Of a stretch of DNA of 40,766 bases, positions 7,631-16,748 are shown piece by piece. Origin of the DNA: a virus. Its lineage: Duplodnaviria > Caudoviricetes. Position numbers and translations under genes: made by a program. Position 1 is the stretch's first letter. Every line of letters begins with the position of its first letter. The stretch is from the IMG/VR virus record IMGVR_UViG_3300044820_000046, positions 1-40,766 of that record. One strand, given 5' to 3'. The notes beneath the pieces were generated by a model. It made no database searches and had not been told where the DNA came from. It worked only from the letters and a program-made list of their open reading frames with translations.

Positions 7631-7969
7631 TCAGGTCTTTCGATGTTTTTGCGTTTCATTCTCGTCCTCGCGCGCCTTTGCATCCAATTTATGCGTCTGG
7701 ATCAAAAAGCACCGATCCTCCATCGTCCGCACACGAGCGCTCAACCCGTCATAGCTGGTCTTTAGCTCGGCCTGATTGATAAAAACATCGGTCAGCTTAT
7801 GAAGATCGGCTTCGATCTTGGCCACTCGGTCGAGCATCATTTGCAAATTTGCCTTCAGAGTTACCGATTGGTAGATGATCGCGATCACGAAACCTAAAAC
7901 CGTGATCACTTCCCCTATGGTTATGCCTAAGCTATTCATGTCTGCATTTGGCGTTATCGGTATGCTCAC
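7631..7969 (-). CDS. Single-TM coiled-coil protein, lysis-associated (holin/antiholin-like)
   Basis: GAGAGGGA RBS before GTG 7969; TM ITVLGFVIAIIY followed by a coiled coil; downstream of the endolysin. Confidence 0.65.
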   Translation of the reverse strand: MSIPITPNADMNSLGITIGEVITVLGFVIAIIYQSVTLKANLQMMLDRVAKIEADLHKLTDVFINQAELKTSYDGLSARVRTMEDRCFLIQTHKLDAKAREDENETQKHRKT

Positions 7970-7996
7970 GCCATCCCTCTCGTTGTTTGCATGCAC

Positions 7997-8022
7997 AAAA
8001 AAAGGGCCGCAAAGCGCGGCCC
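7997..8022 (-). terminator. Rho-independent terminator
   Basis: GGGCCGC/GCGGCCC stem with A7 on the plus strand (U7 on the minus transcript). Confidence 0.85.
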
Positions 8023-8053
8023 ATCGTAATATTCACATAGGAATGAATTGCGG

Positions 8054-8410
8054 TTATGCCGCAGGAGCGGGCGCAGGGGCCGGCGAGACGGGCGGCGTCG
8101 GAATAGCAGCCTGTGCGGCAGCAGCGGCGGCGTTGAGGTTCGCGGCGATCGCCTGGAGTTTTGCGACCGAAGCAGGAACATCAGCGCCGTCCGCAACTTC
8201 CTGAGCAAGCAGCGTGATTGCCGCGGCTTCATTCTGCGAGGCGGTGACGAGGGATTGTGCGCCAGCTTCGACGGCTGCAACGACATCGCTAAGAGCTGTC
8301 ATGAGTGTTTTCCCTTGCTGAGAGATGGTTTGGGTTAGCAGGCTGATTGCAGATGTGTTTCGATCAATCGTCGCCTGAGTCGTTTGATCAAAGCGGATCG
8401 TCCAGGCCAT
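8054..8410 (-). CDS. Ala-rich coiled-coil protein in the lysis cassette
   Basis: TAATG-coupled to the endolysin stop; helical Ala-rich with a Pro-rich tail. Confidence 0.7.
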   Translation of the reverse strand: MAWTIRFDQTTQATIDRNTSAISLLTQTISQQGKTLMTALSDVVAAVEAGAQSLVTASQNEAAAITLLAQEVADGADVPASVAKLQAIAANLNAAAAAAQAAIPTPPVSPAPAPAPAA

Positions 8411-8670
8411 TACGCAGCCTGTGGCGTAGGGCTTATCAAGGTGGGATTCGAGATGTTTTCAGAAGCGGCCTGTGCTGACAAATAAAGTCCAGCTCCAGCC
8501 GAGACGATGCCGCCAACCGCATCAAGGATTGGCGCGAGCACGGAATTTGCGGTCGGCGCATCAAGGCCGAATTTGATCAGCAAGCCGGTTCCGACCATCT
8601 TGAGTGCGGATCGCACAAGGGACTGGATCTGCGCATTACCGAGAAACGTGAGTAAGAGCCTGGCGAGCAT
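8410..8670 (-). CDS. Putative nested in-frame holin (86 aa) translated from an internal start
   Basis: GGAGG-TTTCC-ATG inside the endolysin frame; product has two to three hydrophobic helices. Confidence 0.55.
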   Translation of the reverse strand: MLARLLLTFLGNAQIQSLVRSALKMVGTGLLIKFGLDAPTANSVLAPILDAVGGIVSAGAGLYLSAQAASENISNPTLISPTPQAA

Positions 8671-9498
8671 GGAAACCTCCGGTTTTACAGGCGACAAGGG
8701 GGATAGCGCTTGCTTGAGCGCCGCGAGTGTGTTCGGCCCAGCGATGCCGTCCACGGTCAAATTGTGTTCCTGCTGGAACGTCATAACTGCGGTTTGAGTT
8801 TGCGGGCCGTCGAAGCCGTCAACCGTGAGATTGAAGCCGAGCTTGTTCAGGGACTCCTGCACGGCCTTGATTTCCGCAGACGGCTCAGGAGCAAGGTTTT
8901 CGCCCTGGCTCCATTTCGCATAGGACGCAGCCAGCTTTTCGTCGTAGCGGTTTCGGCGATACCCGGCCCCGTTGTAACCCTTGGCAAAGGCGGCCCACCG
9001 ATGCGCGGCCAGGTCGTCATCGATCTTCGAGTATTTGATCTCGCCGACCATCGCTTCGATCTGGGCGTCGATATTGCCCCGCATCGCATTGACCATGCTC
9101 GATGCGCTGTCGTAGCCCAAATGCTCGGCCTGGAAGCCCATTGTTTGCCCGACCCCCCATGATGCCGCGCGGTAGGCGCAATCGGCGTCTACGGCCACCG
9201 CCCGCCCGAGAAGGGCGAGCCGTCCTTTGCTCGTCCCCTGGTCCTTGTATTGTGTGGCGGGCTGCCAACTGGCGTTTGCCAGCCCATCGGTTATCGCTTC
9301 GTTGAGTTTTCCCGGCGCGCGGGCGTGGAGCTGCTGGTAGAAAATATGCCGCTCGAACAAGAATTGCGGCGTCGTGCCATCAGCAATCTCGAACGGCGCC
9401 CCGGCGCTTTCGATATCGACTACAGCAAGGAGCGCCGCAGCTTCGATGCCGTGAGCGTCCGCAGCCTTGCGAACAGCCGTTTCAACGTCCGCTCTCAT
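8410..9498 (-). CDS. Endolysin: N-acetylmuramidase (DUF3380-type) + PG-binding domain + C-terminal holin-like segment
   Basis: AVVDIESAG, FLFERHIF, ASWGVGQTMGF, WAAFAKGYNG..Y..NRYDEKL; PG_binding_1 VDGFDGPQT...FQQEHNLTVDGIAGPNT; hydrophobic tail. Confidence 0.92.
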   Translation of the reverse strand: MRADVETAVRKAADAHGIEAAALLAVVDIESAGAPFEIADGTTPQFLFERHIFYQQLHARAPGKLNEAITDGLANASWQPATQYKDQGTSKGRLALLGRAVAVDADCAYRAASWGVGQTMGFQAEHLGYDSASSMVNAMRGNIDAQIEAMVGEIKYSKIDDDLAAHRWAAFAKGYNGAGYRRNRYDEKLAASYAKWSQGENLAPEPSAEIKAVQESLNKLGFNLTVDGFDGPQTQTAVMTFQQEHNLTVDGIAGPNTLAALKQALSPLSPVKPEVSMLARLLLTFLGNAQIQSLVRSALKMVGTGLLIKFGLDAPTANSVLAPILDAVGGIVSAGAGLYLSAQAASENISNPTLISPTPQAA

Positions 9499-9597
9499 TT
9501 GCGGGTCACTCCAAAATTTATCGGATATACACCCGCAGAGAATCCCACAACGGCAGAGGAAACGCCAACGAAAGCAAGGAGTGTGGTTGCGGGCAGG

Positions 9598-11805
9598 TTA
9601 AGCCGAGCAAGTTACGTTCGCCCACGTTGTCGCGCCGTCCGTATTGATATAAAGGCGGCTCGTCGCGCCGGCCGGATCGTCGCGGATGTAAAGCGATCCT
9701 TTGGCTGCCGAGCCAGCGGGCGCGCCGGTCCCGTGAGAAATGCCGAGCGTGGCCCCAAGCATGAATTTCGTGGCATAGGCCGCAGAAAAGAGGTGCGTCG
9801 TGTCCCCGATGGGCGTTGCATTCGTGGCCGCAGGGTAAATTCCCGTCGATCCACTCAAATAAAGCCCGTCAATCAGCGGATTGTCGCTCGTATTGAACCG
9901 CGTGCCGCCGTTGTTTGTGAACGAACCGAACTGGCCGCCGATTACAATGAAATTGCCCGGCGTGACGTTTAAATTGAAGGCGTTTACGACGCCTGTATTT
10001 GCTGAATTGAACTTCGGGTGGAACACGATGAGCAGATTGCATCCCGTGTCCGTCTGGACGGGATATGCGTTTTGGGCACCGGGGGAGACAAGAACCATTC
10101 CGCCCCTCGCACATCGGTAGTTTGAGAGATAGACGGCATTGTTCGACGCGAACCCGACAGGGCTATCAAATGTCGCCGGGCCATAGGTTAGCGCCGTTCC
10201 TGCCGAGTCGTAGAGATCGACAAAATAGTTGTCGGCATTGGCTGCGGAGATAAGCCCAGACCCGTAGAAAAACGGCGACGATCCCTCGATGACAAAGCCA
10301 CGTTTCGACGTGAAAACGGTCGTCACACTGCCATCGCCATCGGCATGACATCCAAACAAGCGAACGCGCGCAGCATCACGGACCCAAAAATCAGGACTAT
10401 GCCCGAGAGAAAAACAGTCGTGGACCTGAATATCGACGCAGGCGTACATGAGATAAATGCCGGGGCCGCCGCGATACGTCCGATGAGCCAAATCGCCACC
10501 CGTGGCCGTGTAGGCGTAAAATGACCAGAGGTGATTGCCTTTCACGCGCGGGAGATCACCCGAAGACCCCAATTGAATACCGCACCAGCAGTCGATATTG
10601 TTGTTTTCAATGTGCTGACGATCGACGCGAAGCACCGAAACGCCACAATAGAACCCGAGAAGGGCGCAGCGCTCGACCTTTGACCCGTAGCCGCCGCCTG
10701 AGACACAAAGCGCGCCGTTCGCCCATGTCGCAACCTCTGCCACAAAAGTCGCATCAGCAGAATCCGGCTCGGGCATGCCAAATTTCATCACGATGAGGTC
10801 TTCAAGCCCGGCGCTGTTGCCGAGCGTGATGCAAGGGTTATGGATCGTGAGCGAGGTCGCGTCGGGGACGATGGCTGACAGATTGACGCTAAGCGTAATG
10901 GTTGACGCGCCCGGATTAACGCCGCTGACGATACTGCCGAAATAGATGCCGGTCGCCGCGGAACTGACGATCGAGCCGACTTTGATGCCTGTCGTTGAAC
11001 CGACGTGGATAACATTTTGCGCCGCCGCCGATGAGCCGGACGAAGTGACAGTCAGCGACGTGGACGGCATGACGATCTTGCCGACCGTATCGTAGTGGTA
11101 ATTGAACGCTGAGCCGCGCGCCTGATCGGGGCGAGGGCAGCCGCCCCGGAGCGTGACATAATCCGGCACAGTGAACGGCGTGGCGTAATAAGTCTTGTTT
11201 GGGTCAAGCATGACAACGCCGCCAGCAGGAAGCACCGCAAACGCCTTTCCAAAAGCCGCCGTGTCGTCGGTGCCATAAGCAACGGTTTGATTTACAAGAA
11301 ACAACGCCGTCCCTGCGTTGTCCGCAAGCGTGACCTGTGTTGCACTCGTGAAACCCGTGATTGTCGTGTAGAGCGTTGCGCTTGCTGCGTCGGCACCTGT
11401 TATCGAGATCGCATTTCCGACATCTGCCGCAGTAAATGCAGCTCCCGCGACAGTCAGAGCCGCATCCCCGCTGGCGATCGTTACCGCCGCCGTGATCGTC
11501 GTGACATCGCCCAGCGCACCGAACCAACCGACTTGGACGTTGGCCGAAGTGTCGATTTGCCACCAAGCCCCAAGCGAGTCCTGCGTGGCCATCGGGCCGG
11601 CTGACGCGCCAGGAATCCAAGGAGCGCCGTCGCTCGTGATAAACCGCCCGTTGACGGGCGCATAAGACGAGATCTGGGCGCGCGTGATCCCTGTATAGGG
11701 CATGAGCGCGGCATTGTTCGCGTTGATCTTGCCGCCAGCCACGCGCATGTTGTCGCCGGTCCCATCGTTTGCGACGGAGCCGATGTTGATCGTCTGGAAA
11801 GCCAT
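9598..11805 (-). CDS. Tail spike/fibre with a beta-helix (pectate-lyase-like) domain
   Basis: N-terminal INIGSVANDGTGDNMRVAGGKINAN, WFGALGD...GTDDTAAF tailspike motif, beta-helix-like repeats, C-terminal GSLYIR module. Confidence 0.85.
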   Translation of the reverse strand: MAFQTINIGSVANDGTGDNMRVAGGKINANNAALMPYTGITRAQISSYAPVNGRFITSDGAPWIPGASAGPMATQDSLGAWWQIDTSANVQVGWFGALGDVTTITAAVTIASGDAALTVAGAAFTAADVGNAISITGADAASATLYTTITGFTSATQVTLADNAGTALFLVNQTVAYGTDDTAAFGKAFAVLPAGGVVMLDPNKTYYATPFTVPDYVTLRGGCPRPDQARGSAFNYHYDTVGKIVMPSTSLTVTSSGSSAAAQNVIHVGSTTGIKVGSIVSSAATGIYFGSIVSGVNPGASTITLSVNLSAIVPDATSLTIHNPCITLGNSAGLEDLIVMKFGMPEPDSADATFVAEVATWANGALCVSGGGYGSKVERCALLGFYCGVSVLRVDRQHIENNNIDCWCGIQLGSSGDLPRVKGNHLWSFYAYTATGGDLAHRTYRGGPGIYLMYACVDIQVHDCFSLGHSPDFWVRDAARVRLFGCHADGDGSVTTVFTSKRGFVIEGSSPFFYGSGLISAANADNYFVDLYDSAGTALTYGPATFDSPVGFASNNAVYLSNYRCARGGMVLVSPGAQNAYPVQTDTGCNLLIVFHPKFNSANTGVVNAFNLNVTPGNFIVIGGQFGSFTNNGGTRFNTSDNPLIDGLYLSGSTGIYPAATNATPIGDTTHLFSAAYATKFMLGATLGISHGTGAPAGSAAKGSLYIRDDPAGATSRLYINTDGATTWANVTCSA

Positions 11806-11827
11806 GATTTTCCTTGATTATGCGGGC

Positions 11828-14224
11828 TCAACCCCCGAAGCACACCCAATTAACCTGCGCCGTATCGGAACCCGTTGAGGACGTTGGCGTGACCGTTGTG
11901 GTTGAAGAAGTGATCTTGATCTGACCGGCCAGGGTGCCCGTCCCGGTCCATGTTGCTTGGCAGTTCGGCGCCGAAGTATAGGTCGATGCTAGGCCCTGCG
12001 CGGAGCACGCGCCCGACGACATCGTGCATTGCCCTTTATCGGTTGGGTTTAGACGCGATGCTTTCAGAGCGCCGTCAACCTGCGTGTTGCCTGTCGTGTT
12101 CCGCGTTGGCAACGCGCCGCTCGGCGTAAGTGAGCCGTCATCCGTCCAAGACAAAGGACTCGTTGCGCGAACGCCCACGGCGCCAAAAAGGCTATCCCAT
12201 GTCACCGTCGCGAGGAGGAGTTCCGAGCCTGCTGATCGCCCATAAATTTTATACGCATAAGCTCCAAGCTCGGCGTTCCATGAGATTTTATTTGTTGCTA
12301 CGCCTGCCGACAGAGAGGATGCATTCGCGATTGTCGCCTCGGTCGAGGCAAGCGTCTCGCCATCGTAAGTCAGTGCAGAGACACGGTAGCCGTATGTCGT
12401 CGCGCCCGATCCGAGAGACGCCGTGGCCGAAACGTTGACGGGCGCCGACAGTTGGCGCACATAAAGCGGGCCGCCGAAATGATTGAACTTTCCGGCGAAG
12501 TCGTTCCGCCATGTCTGCCATGCGCCATCGCTGGCTCCGTTCGCGGTGTTCCAGTTTCCGAGAATGGTTTGATGCGGGGCGACAACGGTGCCGGGGATGT
12601 TTTTGGGGCTGTATTCGATGTTCCGTTGGTCATTAGTCCAGACCATCGAACCAAAATTAAAATTGCTCGGCCAAAGATAAATGCAGCCGACACAACGAAA
12701 ACGGCCCTGGTTGACAGAGGGATAATTTGTAAGATTGAGCGTTATGGTTGCGGGGTCGGTGCCATTGTTGTATTGAACGCCGCTGTTCTCTAGGTCGATA
12801 TCCCATTGCTGCTGGCCGTTTACGTCAACAATCACGCCATCCGCTCGAACGTCCCCGTTCTGAATTTGGAATATACTATTCCGCATCATGAACGCAGTGC
12901 CGGACCCCGTGAGTTGCAACAACCCAGAGCCTTTTTCCGAGAAAACATCGTAGGCATCCACCTTCGCCGAGGTGCCAAGCTTGAAGTTATAGTCGAAGGT
13001 GTTGGAGCAAAACGCCGTGTGAATTTCCATCGACGCCGTTGTGTTGATGCAACTCTTCGCCGTTTGGACATTAAACCTTTCGATATAAAGGTTTGAAGCA
13101 TTTGGATTGGCGTCGTGGATGCCGTCGCCGTTAATGCCTACAATCGTTACGTTTTTGAAGTAATTGCTGTCGCCGTTGATCGTGCCAGAAAATGAGATTC
13201 CGTGATTGAATTGCCCTGAACCGGAGAGAGTGCCGGATTGCACCATAGCTCCGGTTGTCGTGTTGGCGCATGTAACGCTGCCCGCCGATGAGGCTGTCAC
13301 GGTGCATTGGCCGTTATACCCAAGGGGTATCGCGCCGAGGACCGTCATCAGGCTCCCGACAGGCAAAACGGTCGAACCGGAAAATGTAAAAGTCGCGCTC
13401 GATCCTGTGCCGGAAGTGCCGGTCAAAGCCGCCTGGAACTGGCTCCCCGCGTCGTACCCATAGATGCTGCCGATCCAGACATCCTCGACCACGTTGTAAA
13501 TGACCGTGCCAGGGGTGCCGGATGTCGAAAAGTCGATCGCGCTCAAAGGCGGATTTACCGTTGACCCTACGAGGCGGATTTTTTTGATCGTGGCCCCCCA
13601 ATAGTCCGTGATTTTGATCATATCCACGCCGGCCGATCCGACCCAGGTCAGGACGGATTGCGGAGTGCCTGTCGCGAGAGTTGACCCCCAGCCCGTGCCC
13701 TCCAGCATCACGCCACCGGAAACCGTCAATGTCGAATTGATCGCGAATTGAGACAGAAGCACCTTGCCGGATGATATGCCTGAATTTTGCGACGTAAAAT
13801 AATTGACCGCCGCCTGGATGGCTGATGTGTTGGCCGTGGCGTTGGTGGAGTCCGTTGCCGTGTGATTGGTAGGCCCGCACATTTCCGGCCTGATTATATC
13901 GCCCGTCAGCGCATAGTAAGCAGTAGATCCGCCCGCGAGCGTGAGGGAAAAGCCGCAATAAGACGCAGGCGAGCCGACATTGACATAAAGCGCCGCCCCG
14001 AGGTCGCCGTCTGTAGCATAGCCTGTTGTTTGTATGGAACTTGGTGCCGACGAAGGATGATATCCAGAAACAAGGCCCGTGACTGTCGTTGGCCCTGAGC
14101 TTGGCGGAACCGGCCCCACCGTGCCATTGTCGAGAAGGACGCACGACCCTGTTCCCGTGCAAGCAGCCGAAACAGGCGCGCAAAAGGCTACAAGCGCGAC
14201 AAAAAACGCTAAAAGTCTAGTCAT
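11828..14224 (-). CDS. Beta-helix spike-like protein with an N-terminal signal peptide
   Basis: MTRLLAFFVALVAFCAPVSAA (Sec-type), TGYATDGDLGAALY, NTSAIQAAV, G/S/T-rich beta repeats, Cys pairs at both ends. Confidence 0.8.
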   Translation of the reverse strand: MTRLLAFFVALVAFCAPVSAACTGTGSCVLLDNGTVGPVPPSSGPTTVTGLVSGYHPSSAPSSIQTTGYATDGDLGAALYVNVGSPASYCGFSLTLAGGSTAYYALTGDIIRPEMCGPTNHTATDSTNATANTSAIQAAVNYFTSQNSGISSGKVLLSQFAINSTLTVSGGVMLEGTGWGSTLATGTPQSVLTWVGSAGVDMIKITDYWGATIKKIRLVGSTVNPPLSAIDFSTSGTPGTVIYNVVEDVWIGSIYGYDAGSQFQAALTGTSGTGSSATFTFSGSTVLPVGSLMTVLGAIPLGYNGQCTVTASSAGSVTCANTTTGAMVQSGTLSGSGQFNHGISFSGTINGDSNYFKNVTIVGINGDGIHDANPNASNLYIERFNVQTAKSCINTTASMEIHTAFCSNTFDYNFKLGTSAKVDAYDVFSEKGSGLLQLTGSGTAFMMRNSIFQIQNGDVRADGVIVDVNGQQQWDIDLENSGVQYNNGTDPATITLNLTNYPSVNQGRFRCVGCIYLWPSNFNFGSMVWTNDQRNIEYSPKNIPGTVVAPHQTILGNWNTANGASDGAWQTWRNDFAGKFNHFGGPLYVRQLSAPVNVSATASLGSGATTYGYRVSALTYDGETLASTEATIANASSLSAGVATNKISWNAELGAYAYKIYGRSAGSELLLATVTWDSLFGAVGVRATSPLSWTDDGSLTPSGALPTRNTTGNTQVDGALKASRLNPTDKGQCTMSSGACSAQGLASTYTSAPNCQATWTGTGTLAGQIKITSSTTTVTPTSSTGSDTAQVNWVCFGG

Positions 14225-14233
14225 GGATGGCCC

Positions 14234-14563
14234 TCAGAAAAGGAAGACAAGGGAATCGAACGTGCAATCGGCGTTCCCATTGTTTGGGTATGTGATGGTG
14301 ATCGATCCTGCCGTTTTCGTTATTGTCAAAAACGGGTATATATTTCTGGCGTTTGCTGTCTGACCTTCGAGGAACAACTTGCTATTCGTAGTAATTGCAA
14401 CGTTTGAAATGGTATATGTTGTTGCCCCGCCCGCCATAGAGAGCGTAAATGCGCCAAACAAGAACATCGCAAAATTCGCGTTGATCTTGCTGCCTGCAAT
14501 GCGCAGCGTGTCCCCGGTCCCGTCGTTCGCGACGGAGCCGAGCCCGATGGACTGGAAAGCCAT
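14234..14563 (-). CDS. Small fibre/adaptor protein with a T4 gp9/gp10-like N-terminal motif
   Basis: IGLGSVANDGTGDTLRIAGSKINANF; AAGGA RBS. Confidence 0.8.
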   Translation of the reverse strand: MAFQSIGLGSVANDGTGDTLRIAGSKINANFAMFLFGAFTLSMAGGATTYTISNVAITTNSKLFLEGQTANARNIYPFLTITKTAGSITITYPNNGNADCTFDSLVFLF

Positions 14564-14589
14564 GTTTTTCCTTGAGTTGTGTTAGCCGG

Positions 14590-16425
14590 TCAGGCTGCCG
14601 AGACGAAGTTCGTCCAGCCGGTGCTTCCGTTCGTATTCACATAAAGCCGGGTGGACGTGCTGTTTCCGTCTGCTCTGATATACAAAGACCCTACGCCGGC
14701 CGTCAAAGATCCCGCTGGCGATCCAGAGCCGATAAATATGCCGACATTGGAATTGAGCCGATAGGAGGCGGCATAAACGCACCGCCATCGTACCGAACCA
14801 GACCCCCAATCTGTCGCGTTGTCTGACGTTGGCGTGGCCGGAAGCCGGGCTGCCGCAAGTGTTCCAGATGATATATTTGCAGCGTCCGTTGTGTCGGTGG
14901 TTGCGCTCGCCGCAAGACCGGAAATATCACCAGCAGCCGGCTGCGCGGATGCAGGAACACCGCTCGTGCTGATCGAGGTCAGGAATTGATGCGTTGTGGC
15001 TGTTTTTGATTGCACGCCGCCAAGTGTCGATGCTGAGGGATTTGGAAGCTGTGCGGCAGGCAGAGTTCCAGAGCTGATGTTTGAGGCGATTGTTGTGTCC
15101 GTTGTCGCGCTTGCCGCAAGCCCCGTAATATCGCCGGCAGCGGGTTGCGCGGATGCAGGGACACCGCTTGTCGATATGGATGTTAGGAATTGATGAGAAA
15201 CAGCGGCTTTTGACTGAATACCGCCCAGCGTCGATGCGGATGGATTCGGAAGGCGTGCAGCAGGTAGCGTGCCGCTCGCTATGTTCGAGGCGTTCGTTGC
15301 GTCTGTGGTTGCTGATGCCGCAAGGCCCGAAACATCACTTGCAGATGGCTGCGCAGACGCGGGCACGCCGCTTGTGCTGATCGAGGTCAGAAATTGGTGA
15401 GAAACCGCAGCCTTGCTTTGTACACCGCCAAGCGTCGATGCTGAGGGATTTGGAAGCTGTGCGGCAGGCAGAGTTCCAGAGCTGATGTTTGAGGCGATTG
15501 TTGTGTCAGTTGTCGCGCTGGGAGCGAATGCCGTTCCACCTGTTTTTGTGATAGAGAGAACGCCAGTCGCACCCAAAGTCCCATCACCGGAAACCGTATA
15601 TCCAGCCACAACGGTTGACGTAAGCCATATTGGGATTTGTCCCGCTGTTGGCGTTCCGAGAATTGAGACGCCCCCGCTTCCTGCGGCCCATGTGCCATCA
15701 GCCTTGAGAAACTTCCCGGCCGCCGCATCCCCCGCAGCGGGGGCCGGGACAAGCCCCTTAGTTCCGCCGCTCCCGCTATCGCCCACAACGGGGCTGAGCA
15801 ATGCCGTCTGGGCTGCGACGCTGGCCGCTGTCGCCATGTTCGCGCCAGCCGTGGAAATGGATACCCCGTTGATCTTCGTGATGGTTAGCGCGCCCGTGCT
15901 CGTGTTCAGCGTTGCGTCACCGCTAACTGTGAACCCAGCGAAAGAGCCGGTGTTGTTCCATTGGATTTGCCCAGAAGTTCCGCCTGGCGGTGTGCCTCCG
16001 GTCCCGCCGCCCGGTGGCGTTGGGAATGTGCCGTCCGTGTCAAAGGTGACATTCGGCTTCGCCCAAATCCCCGCGGCGCTGAGGTATTTATTTGTCGCTG
16101 TGTCGCCAGCAGCCGGGGCTGGCGCAAGTCCTTTTGTGCCGCCAGATCCCGCATCGCCAGCCACATTCGAGAGGAGCGCCGTTTGTGCGCCTGCATTCGC
16201 AGCCGTGAGCATCGATCGACCGGCAGCCGTCGCATCGGAAACCTGAGACGCCGATATCGAAACCGCATCACTTCCACCCGCTGCGTGCGTCGGTGCGTGC
16301 GGCGTAACGCCTGATGAGGAACTTGCCGCATCGAACAGCCCCGATAATTTCTGCCACCAGTCATGGGTCAGCATCCCGGTCGCTTGATCTACGATCCGGC
16401 GTGATATCGGTTTGGTGACGGTCAT
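14590..16425 (-). CDS. Long tail fibre with internal repeats
   Basis: G/A/S/T-rich; HAPTHAAGGSD, GLVPAPAAGD...FLKADGTW fibre motifs; 68-aa repeats; GSLYIR C-terminal module. Confidence 0.85.
   Translation of the reverse strand: MTVTKPISRRIVDQATGMLTHDWWQKLSGLFDAASSSSGVTPHAPTHAAGGSDAVSISASQVSDATAAGRSMLTAANAGAQTALLSNVAGDAGSGGTKGLAPAPAAGDTATNKYLSAAGIWAKPNVTFDTDGTFPTPPGGGTGGTPPGGTSGQIQWNNTGSFAGFTVSGDATLNTSTGALTITKINGVSISTAGANMATAASVAAQTALLSPVVGDSGSGGTKGLVPAPAAGDAAAGKFLKADGTWAAGSGGVSILGTPTAGQIPIWLTSTVVAGYTVSGDGTLGATGVLSITKTGGTAFAPSATTDTTIASNISSGTLPAAQLPNPSASTLGGVQSKAAVSHQFLTSISTSGVPASAQPSASDVSGLAASATTDATNASNIASGTLPAARLPNPSASTLGGIQSKAAVSHQFLTSISTSGVPASAQPAAGDITGLAASATTDTTIASNISSGTLPAAQLPNPSASTLGGVQSKTATTHQFLTSISTSGVPASAQPAAGDISGLAASATTDTTDAANISSGTLAAARLPATPTSDNATDWGSGSVRWRCVYAASYRLNSNVGIFIGSGSPAGSLTAGVGSLYIRADGNSTSTRLYVNTNGSTGWTNFVSAA
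14840..15520 (-). repeat. About 3.3 tandem 204-bp (68-aa) repeats in the fibre gene
   Basis: Unit SATTDTTIASNISSGTLPAAQLPNPSASTLGGVQSK...GLAA; 74-bp identity 15026-15099 = 15434-15507 (offset 408). Confidence 0.9.
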
Positions 16426-16748
16426 TCGGGCGCGGAGATTTGAGGGATATCGACAACGTGGGCGCGTTCAAGGCGCGGCGCCGAAGAAGGTCGATCGGCA
16501 CGGCGCACCATTTCCTCACGAAAACTTTCAGTAGCGGCGGCACCAGACCTTGCCGCGTTGGCAACCTCGACCTGCATCAGCGGAAACCACGCGACGGCGC
16601 AATGCCAATCACACACATCGACCCCCGTGTTCGGATTTTTCCCATTAAGTCCAACCCACCACTCGCATTCATGGCAGACCTTGCTCATTGGCTTATGCCA
16701 AAGCGGGCACTTCATTGTGCTCGTGGCGATGGGTTTTCCGGTTGTCAT
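16422..16748 (-). CDS. Cys-rich conserved protein usually found next to phage fibre genes
   Basis: CPL...CHECEWW..L.GKNPNTG..V.DW.CAVAW.P....E......GAAATESFREEMV; 4-nt overlaps at both ends. Confidence 0.8.
   Translation of the reverse strand: MTTGKPIATSTMKCPLWHKPMSKVCHECEWWVGLNGKNPNTGVDVCDWHCAVAWFPLMQVEVANAARSGAAATESFREEMVRRADRPSSAPRLERAHVVDIPQISAPE

Noticed and set aside
15026-15507. Repeat pair as a DGR template/variable repeat
   Set aside because: Both copies are in-frame coding repeats, no adenine-specific mismatch pattern is evident, and no reverse transcriptase is in the window.
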